Source of the DNA: an uncultured Spirochaetota bacterium
GTDB lineage: Bacteria > Spirochaetota > Spirochaetia > SZUA-6 > Fen-1364
Assembly: GCA_963781885.1 (NCBI GenBank)
Contig: CAWAHW010000004.1
Coordinates: forward strand, 256,001-320,000
Length of the DNA: 64,000 nt
Direction of reading: 5' to 3'
The notes under the pieces were generated by a model. The model saw only the letters and a program-made list of their open reading frames with translations, was not told where the DNA came from and ran no database searches. A program made the position numbers and the translations under genes. Below, piece by piece: positions 20,801 to 30,770 of this stretch (position 1 is the stretch's first letter; each line of letters starts with the position of its first letter).

Positions 20801-21653
20801 CCATGGACTCTTCGATCGCGGTGAATGATGCCGCCCCGCCGACCCGCCATTCCGTCGGCGTTTGCTCGATGCGCGTGAGATCGGGAACGCCCTCCGTGGA
20901 GATCAGGAGCGGGCAGGAGGCGAGCTTCTTGTTGATCTCCACGCCGATCTCGGTCGCCCCCGCGACAAGGCGCGCAGCGGGATATTCCCGCATGAGCCGG
21001 AAGAGCCCGGCGAGAGTGGTCGGACGAAAGAATCTTTCACCGTGCGCCGCGTAGTCCAGCGCGGGCAGCGGTGAAAAGGGCGCCTCCAGGCGTGCGCGAA
21101 AGCGGTCTTCCGCGGTCGATGATGCCCGCTCTGCCAGCGCCCCCAGCGCGGCGTCGCGGATGGGGCGATAGCCGGTGCACCGGCAGAGATTTCCGCTGAG
21201 CTGGTCGCTGAGCTGCCACGACTCCCGGCAATCTTCCCGGTACCAGGCTTCGAAGAGGGACATGACGAAACCAGGGGTGCAGTAGCCGCACTGCGACCCA
21301 TACTGCCGGACCATGTGCGCCTGCACCGGGTGCAGCTCCCCGCCTGCCGCGAGCCCTTCCACGGTGACGATCTCCCGGCCCGCGAACATCGGCAGGAGCG
21401 CGATGCAGCTGTTGACGGCGCGGTAGGTCGGCTTTCCGTCGGCGGTGCGGTCGACAAGCGCCACCGTGCAGGCGCCGCAATCCCCCTCGGCGCAGCCCTG
21501 CTTCCCGCCGGTGTAGCCGTGCGTGCGAAGGAAATCAAGAAGAGTGGTGGTGGGCGCAATGTCGGCCACGGGAACGGAAACGCCGTTGATCGTGATGGTA
21601 AAACCGCCCGGCGCAGGATGCGGGAGGGGTGCAGCGGCTGCCTTCTTCTTCAT
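17813..21653 (-). CDS. xdhB: Xanthine dehydrogenase, fused Fe-S/FAD and molybdopterin chain (apparent +1 frameshift near 19969)
   Basis: KQGCAEGDCGAC, QCGYCTPG, NLCRCTGY and the FAD domain continue in frame into HESGAGHVTGGALYVDD. The second frame has GGAFGGKE, AFRGFGGPQ and KAIGEPP. Confidence 0.9.
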
Positions 21654-21814
21654 GACGGACCCCGAGTGTAATCACTCGTCCGCGGCAACGCAACTGCCGT
21701 GAGGCCGGCCCGTTATGACGGTGTCGCTCCCGCGACGGGGCGACAGGACGATCGGCGTCCCGCCGTCCGATTGCAGTATATTAGAGTAGAGCAGATTGCA
21801 CGAAGGAGAGCTCG

Positions 21815-22219
21815 ATGAGAACAAAAGTGGGCCTCTGGATAGACCACCGCAAAGCGTTGATCGTCACGATGACCGAAAAAGGGGAGGTGCTCAAACTGGT
21901 CATCTCCGCCATAGAGAGACAGGCGCGTCGATCGTCGGCCGCACGCAGCTCCGGTCCCTTTGAGCCGCAGCATGTGCCGGCGGATGACATGCGGCAGCGC
22001 GCATTTGCCGGACACCTGAATATCTACTACGACGCGGTGATTGCGAGCATCCGCGGGGCGGAATCCATCCTGATATTCGGCCCGGGCGAGGCAAAAGGCG
22101 AACTGGAAAAGCGATTGAAAAAGGACAACCTCGGCGCGCGCATCGTCGGCGTTGAAACGGTCGACAAGATGTCCGATAACCAGATCGCGGCGAAAGTTCG
22201 CGCGCACTTTGCCGCGTAG
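21815..22219 (+). CDS. Host-attachment / bacterial archaeo-eukaryotic release factor (baeRF)-like protein
   Basis: VGLWIDHRKALIV...ILIFGPGEAKGEL...VETVDKMSDNQIAAKVR. AAGGAG RBS. Confidence 0.7.
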   Translation: MRTKVGLWIDHRKALIVTMTEKGEVLKLVISAIERQARRSSAARSSGPFEPQHVPADDMRQRAFAGHLNIYYDAVIASIRGAESILIFGPGEAKGELEKRLKKDNLGARIVGVETVDKMSDNQIAAKVRAHFAA

Positions 22220-22230
22220 GCGCGCCCGCC

Positions 22231-23871
22231 TTACGACGGCGCGCGGGATGCGCGGAAGCGCCGGATGAGGGTGTTCGTCGAGTTGTCGTGCATGAGCGGG
22301 GTCTGAGACGACGCTTCCAGCTCGGGAATGATGCGCCCGGCGAGCACCTTGCCGAGCTCCACGCCCCACTGGTCGAAGGAATCGATCTGCCAGATCGCCC
22401 CCTGCGTGAACACGCTGTGCTCGTAGAGCGCGACGAGCTTGCCCAGCGACTCCGGCGTGAGCTTCTCCAGCAGGATCATGTTTGACGGGCGGTTGCCCTC
22501 GAAGGTGCGGTGCGGCACCAGCCAGGCGGGCGTGTTCTCGGCCAGCACCTCCTGCGGAGTCTTGCCGAAAGCCAGGGCTTCGGCCTGGGCGAAAACATTG
22601 GCCAGCAGCAATTCATGGTGACGACCGAGCGCGTGGAGCGGCCGTGAAAAAGCGATAAAGTCGCACGGAATCAGCTTCGTGCCCTGATGGATGAGCTGAT
22701 AAAAGGAATGCTGACCGTTTGTTCCCGGCTCACCCCAATAGATGGGCCCCGTCTGGAAAGGAATTTCGGCGCCATCCAGGGTGACGCGCTTGCCGTTGCT
22801 CTCCATGGCCAGCTGCTGCAAGTACGCGGGGAAGCGCTTCAGGTACTGCTCGTACGGCAGGACCGCCACGGTCTGGGCGCCGAAAAAGTTGTTGTACCAG
22901 AGACCCAGGAGACCAAGGAGCACGGGCAGGTTGCGCGCGAACGGGGCGCTGCGGAAATGCTCGTCCATCTGGTGAAGACCGTCGAGCAGGGCGCGGAAAT
23001 GCTCGGGTCCGATGGCGATCATGGTGGAGAGACCGATCGCCGCGTCCATCGAGTAGCGGCCGCCGACCCAATCCCAGAACTCGAACATGTTCGCCGTGTC
23101 GATGCCGAACGCGGCCACCTCCTTCGCGTTGGTCGACACCGCGACGAAATGACGGGCGACCGCCGCAGGATTCTTCAGCGCCGCAAGACACCAGTCGCGG
23201 GCCGTGCGCGCATTGGTCATCGTCTCGAGCGTCGTGAAAGTCTTCGAGGAGATGATGAAGAGCGTCTCTTCGGGGTCCAGATCCCGGGTGGCCTCGAAAA
23301 AGTCGGTGCCGTCGATGTTGGAGACGAATCGGAAGGCGAGGTCGCGCTGGCTGTAGTCCCGCAGGGCCTCGTATGCCATCACCGGCCCCAGGTCCGACCC
23401 GCCGATGCCGATATTGACGACGTTGCGAATCCGCTTCCCGGTATGGCCCTTCCACGCGCCGCTGCGCACCCGGCGGGAGAAGTCCGTCATCTTGTCCAGC
23501 ACGGCGTGCACCTGCGGCACGACGTCAACGCCGTCGACGGTCATGGATCGGCCTTTCGGTGCGCGGAGAGCCACGTGCAGGACGGACCGATTCTCGGTGA
23601 CGTTGATCTTTTCCCCGTTGAACATGGCATCGACGCGGGCTTTCAAAGCCGATTCCTCCGCGAGCTGGAGGAGGAGTGAAAGTGTCGTGTCGTCGATCCT
23701 GTTCTTCGAGTAGTCGAAATAGATGCCGACGGCTTCCGCCGTCATCCTTTCTCCGCGGGTCGGGTCGCCTGCAAACAACGTGCGGAGAGACACCTTCCGC
23801 ATCTCGGTGGAGTGGGTCTCCAGGGCTTTCCATGCGGCTCTTTTCATGAGCGGCGGAACATCTGACGCCAT
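22231..23871 (-). CDS. pgi: Glucose-6-phosphate isomerase
   Basis: [56 protein letters not shown] before ATG 23871. Confidence 0.97.
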   Translation of the reverse strand: MASDVPPLMKRAAWKALETHSTEMRKVSLRTLFAGDPTRGERMTAEAVGIYFDYSKNRIDDTTLSLLLQLAEESALKARVDAMFNGEKINVTENRSVLHVALRAPKGRSMTVDGVDVVPQVHAVLDKMTDFSRRVRSGAWKGHTGKRIRNVVNIGIGGSDLGPVMAYEALRDYSQRDLAFRFVSNIDGTDFFEATRDLDPEETLFIISSKTFTTLETMTNARTARDWCLAALKNPAAVARHFVAVSTNAKEVAAFGIDTANMFEFWDWVGGRYSMDAAIGLSTMIAIGPEHFRALLDGLHQMDEHFRSAPFARNLPVLLGLLGLWYNNFFGAQTVAVLPYEQYLKRFPAYLQQLAMESNGKRVTLDGAEIPFQTGPIYWGEPGTNGQHSFYQLIHQGTKLIPCDFIAFSRPLHALGRHHELLLANVFAQAEALAFGKTPQEVLAENTPAWLVPHRTFEGNRPSNMILLEKLTPESLGKLVALYEHSVFTQGAIWQIDSFDQWGVELGKVLAGRIIPELEASSQTPLMHDNSTNTLIRRFRASRAPS

Positions 23872-23993
23872 GCTTTTCTCCTTCACGTCACGAGGATGCG
23901 CGAAAAGGCCGTCGGCTTCAAGAATCAAATCGAATGGGCGCCCGGGCGACGATTTGCCTCGCCAGGAAACGAAATCTGTGTATAATGCGTCTC

Positions 23994-24890
23994 ATGCTGA
24001 AAAAGACGCGGCCCGATGGCACGTATCTCGCGGCGCTGCCGCACTTCACCCGTTTGCTGCCCTACCTGATGGGAAGCAGGACGGACTCGACAATCTTCTT
24101 CGAGCAGGATTTCGACGTCACCGAGGCTCTGCGGTACGTGAAGGAAAAGAACCTCTCCCACAACGGCGGGGAAAAGAAGCTCACCTTCTTTCAGGTTTTC
24201 CTCTGCGGCGCCGTGCGGACAATAGCCCTGCGGCCGAAGCTGAACCGTTTCGTCTCGGGGTACAACTACTACCAGCGGAACAAGATCGTCTTCAACTTCG
24301 TCGCGAAGAAGGAGCTGAGCGACAAGGGGGAGGAGATCAACATCACGATCCCCTTTGCGCCGGATGAAACCCTCGACACGCTGCCCGCCAAGGTGCACGC
24401 CTTCGTGGATCGGGGCAAGGAGGGAAAGAGCGGCGAAGCAAACGAAAGCGACAGCACGAACGCGTTCCTTGCAAAGCTGCCGCGCTGGATGATACGGCTC
24501 GTCATCTTCGTCCTCCGCTCCCTGGACTACCACAACATGCTGCCGGAGTCCTTCATCAACTCGATGCCGTTCTGGGCGAGCATCTTCTTCACCAACGTGG
24601 GAAGCGTGGGCATCGACGCGCCTTTTCATCACAATTTCAACATCGGCACCTGCGGTTTCTTCATCGCCCTGGGCAAGATCCGCAAGGACAAGGTGCCGGT
24701 GGAGGGCGGGACGGTGGAGCTGCGTGACCGTGTCAAGGTGACATTCACCTACGACGACCGTATCGTGGACGGCATCTACTGCGGCCGCGCCATCGACCTT
24801 TTCCGCTCATTCGTCGAAGACCCCGCCCAACTCCAGAAAGCGCCCGAGCTGAGCGACGAATTGCGGGCCGAGCTCATGTTGAAGGGATGA
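23994..24890 (+). CDS. Stand-alone 2-oxoacid dehydrogenase E2-like acyltransferase domain protein
   Basis: LRPKLNRFVSG, FFTNVGSVG, TYDDRIVDG. No lipoyl domain. TGTGTATAAT lies 7 nt upstream of ATG 23994. Confidence 0.78.
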   Translation: MLKKTRPDGTYLAALPHFTRLLPYLMGSRTDSTIFFEQDFDVTEALRYVKEKNLSHNGGEKKLTFFQVFLCGAVRTIALRPKLNRFVSGYNYYQRNKIVFNFVAKKELSDKGEEINITIPFAPDETLDTLPAKVHAFVDRGKEGKSGEANESDSTNAFLAKLPRWMIRLVIFVLRSLDYHNMLPESFINSMPFWASIFFTNVGSVGIDAPFHHNFNIGTCGFFIALGKIRKDKVPVEGGTVELRDRVKVTFTYDDRIVDGIYCGRAIDLFRSFVEDPAQLQKAPELSDELRAELMLKG

Positions 24891-24894
24891 TCCG

Positions 24895-26598
24895 ATGTAC
24901 GAGAAAAAACCCTGGTTGAAATTCTACGGGGCGACGCCGCCCACGCTCTCCTATCCACCAATGACCATGTCGGGGGCCTTGCACGAAAAGGCACGGGAGC
25001 TTCCCGCGCCCACGGCGCTGATCTACATGGGCGCGCGCATCAGCCACGCCGCGCTGGACCGGCGCATCCAGGGCATGAGCCGCGCACTGGGCGCCGCCGG
25101 CATGAAGCGCGGCGACCACGTCCTGGTCTGCCTTCCCAACGTCCCCCAGGCCGTGATCGTCTTCTATGCGCTCAACCGCCTGGGAGCCGTGCCCGCCATG
25201 ATCCATCCACTATCGGCTCCGTCGGAAATACGCGGCTACGCGACGCAGACGTCGTGCACCTGGGCGGTCACGCTGGACGCCTTCTATCCGCGTTTCGCGG
25301 AAATCCGCGGCCAGACGAGGCTTGCCCACATGGTGATCTGCCGCGCCGACGACTGCATGGGTCCCTTTCTGAAGCTGGGTTTCGCGCTCACGGAGGCACG
25401 GAAGATCGCCCCCATACCTTCGGACCCGAGCCTCTTGAAATGGAAAGAATTGGAAAGGCAGGGCCGCACGGCGCCCGAGCTGGCTGCGCCTGATCCCCTT
25501 TCGCCGGATGAGCTCGCCTTGTTTCTTTTCAGCGGCGGCACGACGGCCGCATCCAAGGCCATCATGCTCTCCAGCACCAATTGCAATGTCCTGGCCGTCC
25601 AGACGAACGCCGCCGGAGGCCCGATATTGCCCGGCGACTCCATGCTCTCCATCCTGCCCATGTTCCACGGCTTCGGGCTTGCCGTCGGCATCCACGCGAT
25701 ATTGATCCAGGGCGGGACCTGCGTCCTCGTGCCGCGATTCACCGCCGACGGACTGGCGGCGCTCGTGAAGAAGTACAGGCCCGCCTACATGGCGGGCGTC
25801 CCCACGCTCTTCGACGCACTCGCCTCGAATCCGCGATTCGCGAAAGCGCCGGCCGGAAGCTTCAAGGGGCTCTTCTGCGGCGGCGACAGCCTGAGCCGGC
25901 AGACGAAGGAGCGATTCGAAGAGGTGGTGAAGCGCGTCGGCTGCACGACGCCCCTGCGGGAGGGCTACGGCCTGACGGAATCCGTAACGGCGAACATGCT
26001 GATGCCGCGGGACCACTATCGGGAGGGAAGCATGGGCATCCCGTACCCCGACATGCTCGGCAAGGTCGTACGGCCGGGCACCATGGAAGAAGCGGCGCCG
26101 GGAGAGGACGGGGAGATATGCGTGAGCGGCCCCACGCTCATGCTCGGCTATCTCGACGACCCGGATGAAACGGCGGTCACCTTGCGTCGGCACGATGACG
26201 GCCTGCTCTGGCTGCATACGGGCGACATCGGCACGATGGACGAGGACGGGTTTTTCTATTTCAAGCAGCGCGTGAAGCGCATCATCAAGACATCGGGCAT
26301 CAGCGTGTATCCCTCCCAGATCGAGGACGTGCTGAACAAGCATCCGGCGGTCCGTCTCTCCTGCGTCATCGGCGTCCCGCATCCGACAAAGCTCCAGGTG
26401 CCGAAGGGTTTCGTCACCCTGAACGACGGATGGAAGGCGAATCCCGACCTGGAGCAGGAGCTGATCGAGCACTGCAGGAAAGAGCTGATGCCGCACTCCT
26501 GTCCCCGCGGCATCGAGTTCCGCGACCGCCTGCCCCTCACCCTCGTGGGCAAGGTGGCCTACCGCGCCCTTGAAGCGCAGGAGCCGCAGCCAAAGTAG
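24895..26598 (+). CDS. AMP-binding protein, long-chain fatty acid-CoA ligase-like
   Basis: FSGGTTAASK, EGYGLTE, WLHTGDIG, VGKV. Confidence 0.9.
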   Translation: MYEKKPWLKFYGATPPTLSYPPMTMSGALHEKARELPAPTALIYMGARISHAALDRRIQGMSRALGAAGMKRGDHVLVCLPNVPQAVIVFYALNRLGAVPAMIHPLSAPSEIRGYATQTSCTWAVTLDAFYPRFAEIRGQTRLAHMVICRADDCMGPFLKLGFALTEARKIAPIPSDPSLLKWKELERQGRTAPELAAPDPLSPDELALFLFSGGTTAASKAIMLSSTNCNVLAVQTNAAGGPILPGDSMLSILPMFHGFGLAVGIHAILIQGGTCVLVPRFTADGLAALVKKYRPAYMAGVPTLFDALASNPRFAKAPAGSFKGLFCGGDSLSRQTKERFEEVVKRVGCTTPLREGYGLTESVTANMLMPRDHYREGSMGIPYPDMLGKVVRPGTMEEAAPGEDGEICVSGPTLMLGYLDDPDETAVTLRRHDDGLLWLHTGDIGTMDEDGFFYFKQRVKRIIKTSGISVYPSQIEDVLNKHPAVRLSCVIGVPHPTKLQVPKGFVTLNDGWKANPDLEQELIEHCRKELMPHSCPRGIEFRDRLPLTLVGKVAYRALEAQEPQPK

Positions 26599-26710
26599 GC
26601 CCGCCTCGGCCCTGACGACGATTCACGGTCCCTTCTCCGCTGCTTTGACCTCTGTCCGCAGTGTTCGTACCTTTAGCCGGGCGTGGAAAACGCCCCGGAG
26701 GTGAGAGGTC

Positions 26711-27676
26711 ATGACGAACGCGGGCATCCATCACATCACGGCGCTGGCAAGCGATCCCCAGAGAAACCTCGATTTCTACAGGGGATTCCTCGGGTTGCGC
26801 CTGGTCAAGAAGACGGTCAACTTCGACGCGCCGGACGTTTACCACCTCTACTACGGCGACGAAGCGGGCGCGCCGGGCACCATCATGACATTCTTCCCCT
26901 TTCCCGATGCCGCGAGCGGCAGAAGAGGGGTCGGCGAGATCACAGCGGTAGCTTTTTCCGTCCCGCGCGGCGCGCTCGGTTTCTGGATCGAGCGCCTGTC
27001 ACGGCAGGGCACGGCATTCGACGGACCGCACACGCGTTTCGGGCAGAGCCTGGTCGCCTTCGAAGACCCGGACGGCATGGTGGTGGAGCTCGTCGAGGAT
27101 GCCGATGTTGACGGCATCCCCGGGTGGGAAGGGGGCGCGGTCGATCCTGCCCCTGCGATCAGACGCTTCCACGGCGTCACGTTTCTCCAGCGCGACCTGG
27201 ACCGCACCGGGGCATTTCTCACGGGCGTGATGGGATTCGTGGCGGCAGGCGCTGAGGTCGATCGCTACCGTTTCCTCACTGGTCCCGAGGGAAGCCGCGC
27301 GCATGCCGACGTGCTCGTGGATGCCCACGCGCCGGTCGGGCGCCAATCGGCGGGCTCGGTGCACCACATCGCCTGGCGGGCGAAAGACGACACGGAACAG
27401 CTTTCCTGGCGTGCCGCGCTCATCGCGGCAAGGAGCTCGCCGACGCAGGTCCTCGACCGGAGCTACTTCCATTCGATTTACTTCCGCGAGCCGGGCGGAG
27501 TGCTTTTTGAAATTGCCACGGACCCGCCGGGTTTTGCCACCGATGAGACGATGGATGCGTTGGGAACGCACCTGATGCTGCCGCCGTGGCTGGAGGAGCA
27601 GAGGGCCCGGATCGAAAGGCACCTGCCTCCCCTCATGGTTCCCGCCGCGCAGCGCACGCAGAAGGCCGAGGCATGA
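26711..27676 (+). CDS. Ring-cleaving dioxygenase (MhqA/E/O-like, VOC fold)
   Basis: GIHHITA, LVKKTVNFD, YHLYYGD, VHHIAWR, DRSYFHSIYFREPGGVLFEIATD. Confidence 0.92.
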   Translation: MTNAGIHHITALASDPQRNLDFYRGFLGLRLVKKTVNFDAPDVYHLYYGDEAGAPGTIMTFFPFPDAASGRRGVGEITAVAFSVPRGALGFWIERLSRQGTAFDGPHTRFGQSLVAFEDPDGMVVELVEDADVDGIPGWEGGAVDPAPAIRRFHGVTFLQRDLDRTGAFLTGVMGFVAAGAEVDRYRFLTGPEGSRAHADVLVDAHAPVGRQSAGSVHHIAWRAKDDTEQLSWRAALIAARSSPTQVLDRSYFHSIYFREPGGVLFEIATDPPGFATDETMDALGTHLMLPPWLEEQRARIERHLPPLMVPAAQRTQKAEA

Positions 27677-28377
27677 ACGCGGTGGGTGCGATGCGGGATC
27701 CGCACGCCGGGCAGCCGGTCCTGTCGTGGGGTGCGCCGCTCGCGGAAGCGAAAGCCGCCATGATCATGGTGCATGGCCGCGGCGCGAGCGCAGAGGACAT
27801 ACTCGGGCTCGCGGAGGAGCTCCCGGCGTCGACAGTGGCCTTCCTCGCGCCGCAGGCGGCCGGCCGCGTCTGGTACCCGCAGAGCTTCCTCTCACCGATC
27901 GAAAGCAATGAGCCAGGGATCACGTCCGGCCTCGCGCTTCTTGCGACCATCGAGGGCCGGGTGCGCGATGCCGGCATTCCCCCGGAAGCGGTCTTCCTCC
28001 TCGGGTTTTCTCAAGGCGCCTGCCTCATCCTGGAATATGCGGCGCGCAATGCCCGCCGATTCGGCGGTGTCTTCGGTCTGAGCGGCGGGCTCATCGGCCC
28101 GGACGGGACGCCGCGCAATTACACCGGCAGCATGGCGGGGACGCCCGTGCTCCTGGGTTGCAGCGACGTCGATCCGCACATCCCGAAGGCCCGCGTTCTC
28201 CTTTCGGCGGAGGTCTTCGAGCGCCTCGGCGCGCACGTCTCCACCCGCCTCTACGCGAATATGGGGCACATGGTGAACGAGGACGAGCTGGAAGCCGTGC
28301 GGACCGTGATGGCACCGGCGCTCGAAGGGACACGCAGGGATGCTGGCCGCGTTGACCCCGCTGCCGGGGGGTGTTAG
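27673..28377 (+). CDS. Alpha/beta hydrolase (MhqD-like phospholipase/carboxylesterase)
   Basis: MVHGRGASA, GFSQG nucleophile elbow, DPHIP, MGH. ATGA overlap with the dioxygenase. Confidence 0.88.
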   Translation: MNAVGAMRDPHAGQPVLSWGAPLAEAKAAMIMVHGRGASAEDILGLAEELPASTVAFLAPQAAGRVWYPQSFLSPIESNEPGITSGLALLATIEGRVRDAGIPPEAVFLLGFSQGACLILEYAARNARRFGGVFGLSGGLIGPDGTPRNYTGSMAGTPVLLGCSDVDPHIPKARVLLSAEVFERLGAHVSTRLYANMGHMVNEDELEAVRTVMAPALEGTRRDAGRVDPAAGGC

Positions 28378-28400
28378 TATCCTTGCCGAAGGATTTCGCG

Positions 28401-28673
28401 ATGGCGGAAAAGAGGATCAGGCTGCCCTTGGTGAACGTGGTGGAGGCCTCGATCCTGGGCGATATATTGAGCCAGGACGGCGTGCCCCATTTTATCGGCT
28501 CCTATCAGGACCGCGCATATGGCGGACTCTGGCAATTCCAGCAGGGATGGGGCTTCGTCGAGATGCCCAATCGGTTTGCAAGCGGCGTGGAGGCAGTCCT
28601 TCTCCTCATTCGAAGGAGCTCTGAGGATATTGCCATGAGCCTCGAAGACGATCCGCCGGATCCCGCGGAGTAG
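28401..28673 (+). CDS. Small hypothetical protein (DUF2007 / signal-transducing-like)
   Basis: NVVEASILGDILSQDGVPHFIGSYQDRAYGGLWQFQQGWG. AAGGA RBS. Confidence 0.65.
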   Translation: MAEKRIRLPLVNVVEASILGDILSQDGVPHFIGSYQDRAYGGLWQFQQGWGFVEMPNRFASGVEAVLLLIRRSSEDIAMSLEDDPPDPAE

Positions 28674-28677
28674 GGGG

Positions 28678-29184
28678 TCATTCCCCCTTCAGGATGCGCC
28701 GGATCTGGTTCAGGTGATTGATGTCGTGTCCCGCCATCATCTCGGTGATGCGCGTGACTGTTTCCTTCCCCCGCTCGGAATGCATGCCGTAGTTGTTCCA
28801 CATCTCCCGGGGAATACTCTTCAAGAGATGCAGATTGCGCGCGCGGATCGCTTTCCAGCCTTCCATGGAGAAGGCGGGGTCATGCTTTGCGTAGTCAGAG
28901 TACCGGGCCCAGATGTCCTGGTCGAATCCCTGGATGGCGATGCCGTTCGCGCCGAGGACCAGGCGGAGCCGGTAGCCCTGCACCAGCTCGACGTCGGCCA
29001 GGTGCGCGAGGATCTCCGTCACGGACCAGCTCTCGGGTTTGGGCCTCCTGCCGAGCGTCTTGCGGGGGACGCCCTTGATCAGCGCGGCGACTTTCCGCGG
29101 CGTGGTGGAAAGGACGTCCAGAGGGACCATGCCCTCGATGTACCCGAGGACGCGTTTCGTATATTCCTGTGGGGTTTCCTGCAT
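28678..29184 (-). CDS. DinB-family protein
   Basis: WSVTEILAHLADVE..GFDQDIWA..MAGHDINHLNQI, with a His triad. Confidence 0.88.
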   Translation of the reverse strand: MQETPQEYTKRVLGYIEGMVPLDVLSTTPRKVAALIKGVPRKTLGRRPKPESWSVTEILAHLADVELVQGYRLRLVLGANGIAIQGFDQDIWARYSDYAKHDPAFSMEGWKAIRARNLHLLKSIPREMWNNYGMHSERGKETVTRITEMMAGHDINHLNQIRRILKGE

Positions 29185-29454
29185 GCCTTCAATAAAGCAA
29201 CACCCGCCGGAATGGTCAAGTCGGGTGCGGCATGGCCCAGCAATTCTCAGTATGGTGACTGAATGATGCAGTTCTCATTTTGTCCCATGCTAAAAGGCCG
29301 TTTTCAGGGTGTGCATACCTCTTCCAAAGCTCAGGAAGGTCCAAAATGAGACAATATGAAGTGCCCCCAGGTGGTTGCTACAACGTGGATCGGCCGTATC
29401 ATGAGATTGGCGTCTCGATGCGGCACGCCACAAACAACGCACAAGGGGGCAGTC

Positions 29455-30549
29455 ATGGGTATTGTACATTACGTTGGCATGGACGTCGACAAAGAAAAGA
29501 TCGCCATAGCGATCCTGAGCGGGCGCGATCAGAAGCCGAGGGCCGAGACGGTGATTCGCAATGAAAAGAGCGTAATCCAGGCCTATTTCAAGAAGCTCCA
29601 GTCCGCGGGGGACCTGGTGACATGCTACGAGGCGGGATGTCTAGGGTATTCCCTGTATCGACAATTGACGGAACTGGGTGTGCCGTGTGCGGTGCTGGCT
29701 CCGTCTCAGATTCCACATCGTCCGGGAGATCGCATAAAGACCGATAGAAGGGACGCTGTGATGCTTGCTCGCGCACTTCGGAGCGGGGATGTGAGTGCCG
29801 TTCATGTACCCACGCGGGAAGACGAAGCGGTTCGCGACTATCTACGAATGCTGGAGGACATGAAGTCCGATCTGCGCAAGGCCAAGCAGCGCGTGCTGGG
29901 TTTTCTTCTGCGGAGGCGGATACGTTATGAACAAGGAGCCACATGGACGCAGCCGCATCGAGCATGGTTGCAGGCTCTTGAGTTGGAGGATCCGCTGGAG
30001 CAGTTGACTCTCACCGAGTACCGCTGCCAAGTCGACGAGCTGGAGGAGAAGTGTCGGCGGATCAAGGCGGGCATCGAAGAGATCGCGGCACGTAAAAGCT
30101 ATGCCGAACCTGTAGCCAAGCTGAAGGCGTTCAAGGGCGTGGAGACGCTGATCGCCTTGTCGCTTGTTTCGGAGATCGGGGACTTTCGGCGCTTTGCAGG
30201 TGCGGATCAATTCATGGCGTTTTTGGGGTTGGTGCCCTCCGAGCGATCCAGCGGAAACAAGAGGCGCTTGGGAGGAATCACAAAGGCGGGTAATTCCCAC
30301 CTGCGCAAACTTCTGGTGGAGGCCGCCTGGCAATACCGCAGCTACCATCCCAGTAGCACTCGGTTGATGAAACGACGCGAGGGTCTTTCTCCATCCTTGG
30401 TCAGCTATGCCAACCGTGCGTGCAGGCGGCTAAACAAGAAATTTCTGCGTCTGCTTTTTCGCGGCAAAGCTTCTCAGACCGTGGTGACGGCGGTGGCGCG
30501 AGAGCTCTCGGGGTTCCTGTGGGGCGCGATGGTTGATCGGGTGGCTTGA
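29455..30549 (+). CDS. IS110-family transposase (DEDD RuvC-like recombinase)
   Basis: YVGMDVDK, CYEAG, KTDRRDA, LGLVPSERSSG, GGITKAGNSHLRKLLVEAAW. Confidence 0.96.
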   Translation: MGIVHYVGMDVDKEKIAIAILSGRDQKPRAETVIRNEKSVIQAYFKKLQSAGDLVTCYEAGCLGYSLYRQLTELGVPCAVLAPSQIPHRPGDRIKTDRRDAVMLARALRSGDVSAVHVPTREDEAVRDYLRMLEDMKSDLRKAKQRVLGFLLRRRIRYEQGATWTQPHRAWLQALELEDPLEQLTLTEYRCQVDELEEKCRRIKAGIEEIAARKSYAEPVAKLKAFKGVETLIALSLVSEIGDFRRFAGADQFMAFLGLVPSERSSGNKRRLGGITKAGNSHLRKLLVEAAWQYRSYHPSSTRLMKRREGLSPSLVSYANRACRRLNKKFLRLLFRGKASQTVVTAVARELSGFLWGAMVDRVA

Positions 30550-30565
30550 GGAGGCTGCGTATGCA

Positions 30566-30770
30566 ATCGAGGCAACCGGGACGGATGGGGAAGGTTCGTG
30601 GCGAACGGAGAATCCTCGAGCGGTTCTGCAGGCAGACTATGGTCTGATCCTGGTAATGAGACGGAGGCAAGCTCCTGACGATCACATTGGCCTGCGGTAA
30701 CCAATCCACGCATATCAGACTGGTCGATCGTCGGTTATGCCCTTCTCCATCTCTTCGGGTTGGCCTCGAT
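30566..30770 (+). ncRNA. Putative bridge/seek RNA of the IS110 element
   Basis: Closing stem 30566-30594 pairs with 30741-30770. Internal segments match the target flanks (AGCGGTTCT, AATGAG) and the circle junction (TCACATTG, CATATCAGAC). Confidence 0.75.

Noticed and set aside
21654-21814. Purine or Moco riboswitch upstream of xdh
   Set aside because: GC-rich hairpins are present but no conserved riboswitch core was recognised. An Rfam scan would be needed.
26711-28377. Dioxygenase/hydrolase pair as a novel pathway
   Set aside because: Matches the widespread MhqE/MhqD-type arrangement.
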